64,000 bases of DNA from assembly GCA_002269645.1 (NCBI GenBank), contig NIVC01002946.1, positions 62,001 to 126,000 of the forward strand, in the 5' to 3' direction. Source of the stretch: Macrostomum lignano (lineage: Eukaryota). This document shows, in pieces, positions 1 to 15,800 of the stretch (the first letter of the stretch is position 1; every line of letters starts with the position of its first letter). Under the pieces are notes generated by a model. That model was not told where the DNA came from. It made no database searches and was given only the letters and a program-made list of their open reading frames with translations. Position numbers and translations under genes: made by a program.

Positions 1-365
1 ATTGCCTCTGATTGTGACTTACTTCCCTCTTATTGCGACTTAGTTTCTTCTTTTTGTGACTTATCTAATCCTTTTTGCGACTTACCTAATCCTTTTTGCG
101 ACTTACCTGATCCTTTTTGCGACTTACCTAACCCTTTTGCAACTTACCTGATCCTTTTTGCGACTTAGTTTGCTTCTTTTGCGACTTACCTAATCCTTTT
201 TGCGACTTACCTGATTGTTTTTACAACTTAGCTTGCTTCTTTTGCGAATTGTTTTTCTTTTGCTTCACCATTTTCCCTGAACTGCTCTTTCTTTCGCTTT
301 CCTCTTGCCTGTCTTGGTTCTTGTGTTTTTCGGTTTTTGGTTGACTCAATTTTGCGACTTACCCT
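1..365. repeat. Degenerate ~21-bp minisatellite (TTTTTGCGACTTACCTAATCC)
   Basis: CTTTTTGCGA recurs at 71 and 92; copies decay towards 365. Confidence 0.8.
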
Positions 366-913
366 TGGTCAGCCACGATTTACGGTGGCCAGATTGGCCA
401 GGTCGGCCAGCAGTTGCGCATGTATGAGTATACATACTATATCATTTAATTTTAAGGCCTATCTTAATCTTATATAAATAAAGATAAGCCTAGGCCTAAT
501 AGGGGGCCTACAAATAAATAGAATGGCTAAAGCCTAAAACCTTTGCAAAAATACTTTTAGAAGTCATTTTTAGGCCTATTAGGCCTAGTCCTAAATTTAG
601 TAGTATATTGGAATACATAAGACAACCATAGAAAAGTTTATTTAGGGCCTATTATTTTTTTGCTATAATCAACCAATGCCTTTGGCTTTAAGTTTAACTC
701 CTTTTTATTCTTATAATACTATTATTAATAGGTACAAAATATAATTTAGCATACTATTAGTATTAAATTTTTTTTACTCGAGCAACTAGGGCTTAGGAGC
801 AACAATGCTAGTTCTCTAAGTCTAACCTATTAAAAACAAAAAGTAATAGCAATATGATTTTATCAAACTTTCAAAAATATTTAATAAAGAAATATTAGTT
901 AGGAATTGAAAAA

Positions 914-1437
914 GGCAGTGCTTATTCCCACAGTACCATAGGAATAATTTCTGTCTTATTCCAATGGTACCATGGGGATAATTTTCTGCTTATCTGCATG
1001 GCACATTGACAAGATAGCTGCCGTATCTTCTACATATGCCATGGGAATAATTTAGTTTAGTACTTATGGTTTAAGTGCAATATAACATAACTTTGCTTGG
1101 CCATTAGTTTTATAGAAGTAAAGATTTATGCAAAAAAAACTATTTTGTATTTATGACATGATTTAAGGTAAATTGCTTTAGTAATTATTTATAATTTGAA
1201 TTTTTAGCAAAGTATAATCCCGAGATCATAATGAAAGTGAAAAGTACATTGCTGCTTCTGTTGTAGACTTCTACTAGACATGTAAATTAGCAATTTGTTT
1301 GTATAGATTATTGCATTGCTTCAACAATTCGCATTATCTCGTCAGTGTGCCATGCGGATAAGCAGAAAATTATTCCCACGGTACCATTGGAATAAGACAG
1401 AAATTATTTCTACAGTACCGTGGGGATAAGCACTACC
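914..1437. mobile_element. Non-autonomous Mutator-like MITE with ~95-bp TIRs and 9-bp TSD
   Basis: Left arm GGCAGTGCTTATTCCCACAGTACC...GGCACATTGAC (914-1010) is the reverse complement of 1341-1437. Identical 9-bp flanks ATTGAAAAA at 905-913 and 1438-1446. Confidence 0.8.
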
Positions 1438-1813
1438 ATTGAAAAATAGGTTTAATTTATTGTATTATATTGGCTTTGCATTTTATAATTACTTTTCAAG
1501 CTAGAACTTTTTATATTTATTTAGTTTTAAAATATATAATTATACACATCTATTTTTGGATATCAGTTTATAATTATAAAATAGTCTTTTCTATAAAAAA
1601 GATATCAGTGATTATTAGACCTATCTGTATCCTAATGGGAATTGGAAACTAGATATTATTTAAAAAGTTTTTTCTTTACTCCTAGAAACTAAGAAAAAAT
1701 TTCTACTTACTATTTTATATTTTGTTATTTCTTTTATATAATTGCATTTCAAAGTTATTCATTTGCTAAAAATATTCTTATTCAAATTTGATTTTTTGCA
1801 TACCTCTTAGCAT

Positions 1814-2516
1814 GGAAGTACTTATCCCTATGGTCCCATGCCAATAATTCTAATTTTATTCACATGGATCCATGTTGATAATTTTCAGCTTATCCCCATA
1901 GCAGCTTATTGAAATACATGTAGTTGCCACCATTCAAGTCTGTAGGCCATGTCAACCCTGAGACAACCCTAAGTACTTTATTGTCATTATTATTACAAAT
2001 TGTATTTTAGATTTTGTAAGTCTCATTCACTTTGATCTTAGGGTTGTTTGGTTGTTCTAAGCAAAGCTGGCAGCTAAGCAAATATTTAAAATTAACCCTT
2101 TTAACAACAAAAAAGTTTTAACAAAGTACTTGATACTATTCAGTATTCAGTAGTTTATTCGGAAGATTTGTAAAATTGTGAAAGCAAAAAGATGGTTTTT
2201 GCAAGCAACTTTTTTAGAAAAAAAATTGAACACATAATTAGATAAATACTGTATAGTCATATAGATAAGACTGATGACATACAACAAACACTTGAAACAA
2301 AAAATACAAAAGAGACTTTTAATTAAAATTAAAAATATAAAACTACATACAGCATGCTAATAAACTATATGTAAATACCAGATGCAGAAGGACCTCTGGG
2401 GTCCTTGAACAGATTAATTTTTTGGTTCTCTATTCCAATAAGCTGCTGTAGGAATAAGCTGAAAATTATCAACATGGATCTGTGTGAATAATGTGAATAA
2501 TAGGATAATCACTTCC
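1814..2516. mobile_element. Older MITE of the same Mutator-like family
   Basis: Termini GGAAGTACTTATCCC / GGATAATCACTTCC. Subterminal arms (CATGTTGATAATTTTCAGCTTAT...GCAGCTTATTG) are inverted and resemble the 914-1437 TIRs. Flanks TCTTAGCAT / TATTGGCAT match at 7 of 9 positions. Confidence 0.6.
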
Positions 2517-3092
2517 TATTGGCATTGGCAAGTCATAAAACTCTCATTAAGTTTATTAATAATGCAATTATAATCAATCATAAAATTATGATTGCTGCCA
2601 AAATGACTATTGCTTGTCAACAAAGTGATTAATCTATTATTAAATAAGTAAAATCAACTTTTGAACTTAGCATGCTGGTATAATCATTCAGTGTATCAAC
2701 AATTTAAAAAGTATTTAAGCTTTCCTCATTATTTGATTTTGCCTAGGGTCAAAATAGATAAATGTTTATAAAATGTGCTTAAATTATAACATACTAATAT
2801 ATGATTATATAATTGGTTTTCAAGTGTTGCAACTAAATTTAAAATGAAAAAATGAAATTGATATATCATAAAATATGATGCAAAAACCTAGCTCTTTAAA
2901 ATTCATTTCTTCAAATGTTTTCCTTATCCATATATTATATATATATTGAACTTTGAGCTACCAATAGATGATTATTACCTTATTTTTATCATTATGAAAG
3001 CAAGTTAGATTACAAAAGCATTAGTGAATTTAAAATTCCTGTCAATTTGCCCACATTTCTAAAACAATATTAAACAGCTTCTTATGGATTAA

Positions 3093-7827
<4,735 letters not shown>

Positions 7828-8764
7828 GAATTCTCGGGGCTGGTGCAGGCGTTAATTTGCTTCAACAGTTTTTATCAACTTTTTGCGGCATTGTAGTTTT
7901 TTTTTATTTTAAGTAGTTGTCATTATAGATTTTTATTGAATTCATAATCAGGCAGTAAATTAGATTGGATTTTAGGTCGATTCCATAATCATGCCAGTTG
8001 AGCAGATCAAGAGGCTACATGGTTGCTACCCATCAAGTGCTAATTCATTTATCCCATTGAAAACGTTACCGTGACAAGAATCGTGACCGTTACCGTCATT
8101 ATTGAAGCGCCCCAAAGTCGCAGACAATAAAAAAACGCTTCAAATTGACTCTTTTAGAGCCGTTTTAAAGTCTGATGGAGTCACTTCTTGTCTTTTATCA
8201 TTGTCACCTGCAACACAGTCACTCTGGGACGCTTCTTGGCGTAGTTACCGGTTAAGTGATTTTTATTGCGATATTATTAATCATAATTCTTGTTCATTAT
8301 TAATTTCTTTTTTATTGTCCATCTCTGTAGCGCATATACGCTCGTACAGTTTTTTTAAACAAACAATGCAGTTTGATATTCATTTTACTGAAGTGAGCGC
8401 AGCTTTTTGTGCATTATGAATTATGAATTTTCTCGTTAGATTGACTGATTAACTGACATTTAATAGGGCAATAACGTATGGAATTTATTTTCAATATTCT
8501 GTATGCGCTACTTGCGATAGTAGTAGATAGTAGAGAAATATACTGTGTGAGCTCGCCAATATATTGATTCATTTTCTACAGAACAGGATATGCTTTGCCA
8601 TCTTTTGAAGCTGTAAAATTAAGGCAGCTGTTGGTTCTCGATTGCTTTGTCTAATATTTCATCTCAAGAGTCGACCGCATTAACGTTAACGCTGAGCTAA
8701 AAGTACACACTTACTCATCAAAGCCACGGCCCCCTTAGCTTTCATGATATTGCACACAATATAT

Positions 8765-9350
8765 GGACCATAAACACCAAATCTATCACTATCTACAGTA
8801 TGAGATGGGCCATAGACACCAAGTCTATCACTATCTACAGTATGAGATGGGCCATAGACACCAAGTCTATCACTATCTACAGTATGAGATGGGCCATAGA
8901 CACCAAGTCTATCACTATCTACAGTATGAGATGGGCCATAGACACCAAGTCTATCACTATCTACAGTATGAGATGGGCCATAGACACCAACTCTATCACT
9001 ATCTACAGTATGAGATGGGCCATAGACACCAAGTCTATCACTATCTACAGTATGAGATGGGCCATAGACACCAAGTCTATCACTATCTACAGTATGAGAT
9101 GGGCCATAGACACCAAGTCTATCACTATCTACAGTATGAGATGGGCCATAGACACCAAATCTATCACTATCTACAGTATGAGATGGGCCATAGACACCAA
9201 ATCTATCACTATCTACGGTATAAGATGGGCCATAGACACCAAATCTATCACTATCTACAGTATGAGATGGGCCATAGACACTAGATCTATCACTATCTAC
9301 AGTATGAGATGGGCCATAGACACCTGCAAATCTATCACTATCTACAGTAT
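8765..9350. repeat. 42-bp minisatellite between the convergent HPD and receptor genes
   Basis: Unit CCATAGACACCAAGTCTATCACTATCTACAGTATGAGATGGG; the 14-aa periodicity of the overlapping ORFs matches 42 bp. Confidence 0.95.
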
Positions 9351-9804
9351 AAGAATAGATCACAGATAAATTGTTTTCGGCTGTATGAGATTTAGCAAAA
9401 CAAAAACTTCGTTTTTATTTTAGGCAAACCTTCTTGGCATGTTGAGTCACCGATTTTATACTGATGATATGTACAATTAATGTATCATACTGATATTATG
9501 ATAGATAATAAAGAATCTACATGTTGAGTGCTAAAAATATCAATTTTTGCACTAAGAAATTAAATTTCGATTTTACCCTCAGAAAGTTGCTCGGCAAAGC
9601 AACAAAAAAGCTAGATAGCTTTACTACCAAAGACTGCATGTGTAAAAATGTACATGTAAGAGCCGTAACATGTATGGCCATGGAGTTTTGGCAAAGACTG
9701 AACTGTGAAGCCAGTTCAGCACAACTCCATGCAGCTTCAAATGATGCACGGAAGTACAGACGGCGAGCGAATAAACTGCGAACTTAGGTGCTAGCCAGCG
9801 ACAG

Positions 9805-12800
9805 TCAGGTGTCGTTTTCATAGGTGTCAGTTTGCCTGCTGGCTTGGGACTGGACAGCTGCCTCAACCTGCATCTCCGCATAGCTGCCACTGGGCCGAGC
9901 GCCGCTCCCAGCCGATGCGCCAGTCGACTGTCGCTGACGACGTGGCATGGGTGCCGGCGGCAGCGAGGATGTGGCTGGGACTGCCGGTTGCTGCGGCGGC
10001 GGCGGTGCTGGCACCGTGGCGACTGAGCCAGGCGGCTGCGACCGAATAGTATCCAGCTCGAAGCTAGGGACCTGCGGCGGCTGAGGTTGCTGCGACGGCG
10101 GCTGCTTCCTGGAATGTTGAGAAGGGAAAATTCCTATCGCGCTTTTTTCTAGTAGTTTCTCTGTGTTCCTACTGACAGTAGGGTAAAAAAAGAAGTGTTT
10201 GATTTTCTTTAAAGGGTATTTCGATCAATGCCGAAATCGCACCGACGAAGAGCCTGAGATGTACTTTTGTCAAGACGACAGTTAAACCGTAGCCATGCAG
10301 CCACATGTACAGTAGAACGGCAAGTAGTCATGCCATTCCACTGACATGTACTCGTACATTGTAAGTATGCAGACACGCTTTCTCATTGTCAAGGCAGTGT
10401 ACACAATCTCTGTGGTGCAACTTGAGCAGCCTTGGACCTCACCTGAGCTTCTGGCACTTCTGCCTCATCCAGAGCCAGATGTCGTTGGAGAAGTAGCCAG
10501 CGCAGATTCCGGCGGGCAGGAGCAGCAGAAGCAGCAGGAGCGCCAGGTGCGCATTCGATGCCGCAGGCGGCGGGCTGACTGCCGGCGTCAGGTTGACGCA
10601 GACGACAGACTCCGCGTCGCTGCAGTCGGCTCGCTGCCTGCAGGCCGCCTGAGCTGCCGGCTTCTCCTTGGCTTGAACTGAGTCCAGACTCCGCTGCATC
10701 TGCAGGCCTGCGGCTGCCGAATACTCGCCGATCTGCGCCAGTTCGTGGTGGGGCTTTAGAAAAAAATAATTAGTCCAATTTTCCTAAACTTTTCTCGTTT
10801 GATCACTCTTCAGTTTGTTCCAAGTTCTTCTTTGACTGTTTCAAGGCTGCTCCGAAAATACCCCTTTGCTTTCTACCGAAATTCCCTCTCAATTCTTGCA
10901 AGATTCTTTCCGAAATTCCCTCTCGATTTTTGCAAGATTCTTTCCGAAATTTCCTCTCGATTTTTGCAATATTCTTTCCGAAATTCCCTCTCGATTTTTG
11001 CAATATTCTTTCCGAAATTCCCTCTCGATTTTTGCAATATTCTTTCCGAAATTCCCTCTCGATTTTTGCAATATTCTTTCCGAAATTCCCTCTCGATTTT
11101 TGCAATATTCTTTCCGAAATTCCCTCTCGATTTTTGCAATATTCTTTCCGAAATTCCCTCTCGATTTTTGCAAGATTCTTTCCGAAATTCCCTCTCGATT
11201 TTTGCAATATTCTTTCCGAAATTCCCTCTCGATTTTTTGCAAGATTCTTTCCGAAATTCCCTCTTGATTCTGGCAAGATTCTTTCCGAAATTCCCTCTCG
11301 ACTTTTGCAAGATTCTTTCCGAAATTCCCTCTCGATTTTTTGCAAGATTCTTTCCGAAATTCCCTCTTGATTCTGGCAAGATTCTTTCCGAAATTCCCTC
11401 TCGATTCTGGCAAGATTCTTTCTGAAATTCCCTCTCGACTTTTGCAATATTCTTTCCGAAATTCCCTCTCGATTTTTGCAAGATTCTTTCCGAAATTCCC
11501 TCTCGATTTTTTGCAAGATTCTTTTCGAAATTCCCTCTGGATTTTTGCAAGATTTTTTTCGAAATTCCCTCTCAATTTTTGCAAGATTTTTTCCAAAATT
11601 CCCTCTCGATTCTTGCAAGATTCTTTCCGAAATTCCCTCTCGATTCTGGCAAGATTCTTTCTGAAATTCCCTCTCGATTCTGGCAAGATTCTTTCCGAAA
11701 TTCCCTCTCGATTTTTGCAATATTCTTTCCGAAATTCCCTCTCGATTTTTTGCAAGATTCGTTCCGAAATTCCCTCTCGACTTTTGCAAGATTCTTTCCG
11801 AAATTCCCTCTCGATTTTTTGCAAGATTCGTTCCGAAATTCCCTCTCGATTTTTTGCAAGATTCTTTTCGAAATTCCCTCTCGATTTTTGCAAGATTTTT
11901 TTCGAAATTCCCTCTCGATTTTTGCAAGATTTTTTCCAAAATTCCCTCTCGATTTTTGCAAGATTCTTTCCGAAATTCCCTCTCGATTCTGGCAAGATTC
12001 TTTCCGAAATTCCCTCTCGATTCTGGCAAGATTCTTTCCGAAATTCCCTCTCGATTCTGGCAAGATTCTTTTCGAAATTCCCTCTCGATTTTTGAAAGAT
12101 TCTTTGCGAAATTCTCTCTCGATTTTTGCAAGATTTTTTCAAAAATTCCCTTTTGATTTTTGCAAGATTCTTTACGAAATTCCCTTTCAATTCTTGCAAG
12201 ATTCCTTTTGAAATTCCCTCGATTCTTCTAAGATTCTTCCAGTAATTCCGCTTTGATCCATCAAAGATTCGTTTTGATATTCCCTCGGGATTCCTTCCAG
12301 GATTGTTCAAATAATTTCCACAAATCCTTCTCAGCCTTCCCTCTACTTGGGAGATTTTCCCAAGGTAATCCATTGCAGGCAATTCATTCATCAAAAGAAG
12401 CCCGCCATCAGATTTATCAGCATTGGCTGTCGGGCCGTCACCTTCCGCCAGCCCTCGGCGCCGCTGCCGAACTGCAGGACGTTCAGCCGGTTCGACCCGG
12501 TCCGGTCGTCACCGATTGGCCGATAGTCGCCGAATCGCCGCGGCTTGGCCGACGGGCCTCCTTTGGCGTCGCCGAAAAGAATCCGGTTGCCGCGGGCCTT
12601 CATCGCCGCCCAGCTCGGATTCTGCAGCAGGGCGTCGCAAGCGGCCGTCGACGTCGCCGCTACGCAGACGTCCCCGACGGTGGCGAGGCCGCCAAGCAGC
12701 AGGGCGGCGGCAGCGTTGGCTGCCAGCGGCGCCCGGCTGTCCAGGAAGCCGAGGCCGGGCAGCTCGCCGGGCGAGGCCGGTCCGCAGGCGCCGACCGCAG

Positions 12801-15800
12801 CCGGTTCGGTTCTGGCGAACTCAGTTGCCAGGTAGCAACCGCGAGCCGACTGGAAGTAGCTCACCAGCCAGGGTGGCCAGGGCTTCTCCGCTGCCGACGG
12901 CGGCCGCGCCAGCAGGCTTCGCTGATGCTCGACGAAAGCGGCGCTCTGGCCGGCGTCAATTTCGACGCTTAGGCAGCCGGCGCAGAGGTCGGCGCGGCCG
13001 GCCAGCCAGGAGCCGGCGGAGCCCACGGCCTCGGTGGTCAGCAGGGTCAGCCCGCTAGCGGCCGTCTCGGCTCCAGCGAAGTCCAGGAAGTTCGTCAGGT
13101 CCTCCAGGGAGCCGAGGAACGGCACGTAGCGGACGCGCTGATTTGCGACCATCCGCAGCAGGTTGGCATTGCTGACGGAGTCCTCGGTGGTGTGCGCGAA
13201 GGTCCGGCCGATGCAGATGTCGGCCTCGGCCGCCAGGCTGAGCAGCTGATCGCGCAGCGACCTGCCGTAGTCCGTGTCGGCGAACACCACGACGATGTAG
13301 TCCGCCTGCGGTGGGGGGCGGCTCGAGTTGGCTGGTGGCGGTGCTTCGGGGAAGATTGAGTGTCAGGTAGGGGGAGGGTTGAGTGTCAGGTAGGGGGAGG
13401 GTTGAGTGTCAGGTAGGGGGAGGGTTGAGTGTTAGGTAGGGGGAGGGTTGAGTGTCAGGTAGGGGGAGGGTTGAGTGTCAGGGAGGCGAGAGTTGAGTGT
13501 CAGGGAGGCGAGGGTTGAGTGTCAGGTAGGGGGAAGAATGAGTGTCAGGTAGGGGGAAGATTGAGTGTCAGGTAGGGGGAGGGTTGAGTGTCAGGTAGGG
13601 GGAGGGTTGAGTGTCAGGTAGGGGGAGGGTTGAGTGTCAGGTAAGGGGAGGGTTGAGTGTCAGGTAGGGGGAGGGTTGAGTGTCTGGTAGGGGGAGGGTT
13701 GAGTGTCAGGTAGGGGGAGGGTTGAGTGTCAGGTAGGGGGAGGGTTGAGTGTCAGGTAAGGGAGGGTTGAGTGTCAGGTAGGGGGAGGGTTGAGTGTCTG
13801 GTAGGGGGAGGGTTGAGTGTCAGGTAGGGGGAGGGTTGAGTGTCAGGTAGGGGGAAGATTGAGTGTCAGGTAGGGGGAGGGTTGATTGTCAGGGAGGCGA
13901 GGGTTGAGTGTCAGGGAGGCGAGGGTTGAGTGTCAGGTAGGGGGAGGGTTGAGTGTCAGGTAGGGGGAGGGTTGAGTGTCAGGTAGGGGGAGGGTTGAGT
14001 GTCAGGGAGGCGAGGGTTGAATATCAGGGAGTCGAGGGTTGAGTGTCAGGCAGGGGTAGGGTAAGTGTCAGGAAGTGGACGGGTTTAGTGTCAGGGAGGA
14101 GAAAGGTATTCAGCAAGGATTGAATGCCATGGAGAGCTGGGTGTCAGTCAGGCAGTACAGCAATCCCATTGTACCTGCAAGAAGCGCAGCAGCTGCACCA
14201 TGCTCTGCACGATGACTCTGTCCGTGACCACAGTCCTGGCGAAGCTCGGGTACTCGACCGTGTCATTCAGCACAGTGGAGGTTGAGCCGTAGGACACGAG
14301 CGGCAGGCCGAACTGCTTGAGCAGCTCGGCGGCAGCCATGGAGCTGGTGCTGGACAGGGCACCAACAAAGCCCAGCAGTTTTGAGTAGTGAAAGCCGGAA
14401 GTCTCCGCTGCCAGCTGGCCGCTGAGCAGCAGGTTGAGGTTGCGGCCGGTGTACGCCCCGAGGTAGCAGGAGTCGATGATGACGTAACCGAATTTCGGCG
14501 CCTGGCCAGCCCTGGCCGAGGTGGCCGAGGCAAGGAGGGCCCGCAGAGCAGCCAGGAGCTGCTGGTCCATCAGGTTGCTGTTGAAGCCCGCAGGTGGCGC
14601 TGAGGACTCGGTAGCCAGGTGGTTCGCCGCCTGAGATCGTTCAGTGTCAGGGAGGGTTGATGGCTCAGTGTCAGGGAGGGTGAATGGTTCAGTGTCATGG
14701 AGGGTGAATGGCTCAGTGTCAGGAAGGGTTGATGGCTCAGTGTCAGGGAGGGTTGATGGCTCAGTGTCAGGGAGGGTTGATGGCTCAGTGTCAGGGAGGG
14801 TGAATGGCTCAGTTTCAGGGAGGGTGAATGGCTCAGTGTCAGGGAGGGTGAATGGCTCAGTGTCAGGGAGGGTGAATAACTCAGTGTCAGGGAGGGTTGA
14901 TGACTCAGTGTCAGGGAGGGTGAATGGCTCAGTGTCAGGGAGGGTGAATGGCTCAGTGTCATGGAGGGTGAATGGCTCAGTGTCATGGAGGGTGAATGGC
15001 TCAGTGTCAGGGAGGGTGAATGGCTCAGTGTCAGGGAGGATGAATAGCTCAGTGTCAGGGAGGGTGAATGGCTCAGTGTCAGGGAGGGTGAATGGCTCAG
15101 TGTCATGGAGGGTGAATGGCTCAGTGTCAGGGAGGGTGAATGGCTCAGTGTCAGGGAGGGTGAATGGCTCAGTGTCATGGAGGATGAATGGCTCAGTGTC
15201 AGGGAGGGTGAATGGCTCAGTGTCATGGAGGGTGAATGGCTCAGTGTCATGGAGGGTTGATGGCTCAGTGTCAGGGAGGGTTGATGGCTCAGTGTCAGGG
15301 AGGGTTGATGGCTCAGTGTCAGGGAGGGTGAATGGCTCAGTGTCAGGGAGGGTGAATGGCTCAGTGTCATGGAGGATGAATGGCTCAGTGTCAGGGAGGG
15401 TGAATGGCTCAGTGTCAGGGAGGGTGAATGGCTCAGTGTCAGGGAGGGTGAATGGCTTAGTGTCAGTGAGGGTGAATGGCTCAGTGTCAGGGAGGAAATC
15501 ATCTTGCAGCCACTAAATCTAGTATGCAATTTTCAGCTATTCCAATTGCAATTTTAAGCTATTCCAATTGCAAACTTCTCACCTGCAGAATGAATTTAAC
15601 AGCCAAGGCGAACTGGTAGCCGCCCTCCCGGGCGCCTCTCAGAGTCCCATCTGAGCAGTAGAATCGGTCATTGCCGGGGTAGCGCACCGGAGCGATCACT
15701 CCGATGTAATAATCGCCAGGTGAGAATTCCACAATGCCTGAACTGGTTCCTAGGCAATTAGGACAGACGCCAGAGCACTCAGACTTCAGACTGGGCACTT

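Noticed and set aside
8686-9369. Repetitive ORFs (HYLQYEMG / VYGPSHTVDSDR)
   Set aside because: They are open on both strands only because the 42-bp unit is a multiple of 3; no non-repeat coding flanks or splice support.
10799-12394. Long ORFs up to 501 aa
   Set aside because: Translations of the 34/35-bp intronic array inside a well-defined intron.
14570-15529. 319-aa TLSHSPSL mucin-like ORF on the receptor strand
   Set aside because: It is out of frame with exon 7 and lies within the GT-AG intron 15582-14631.
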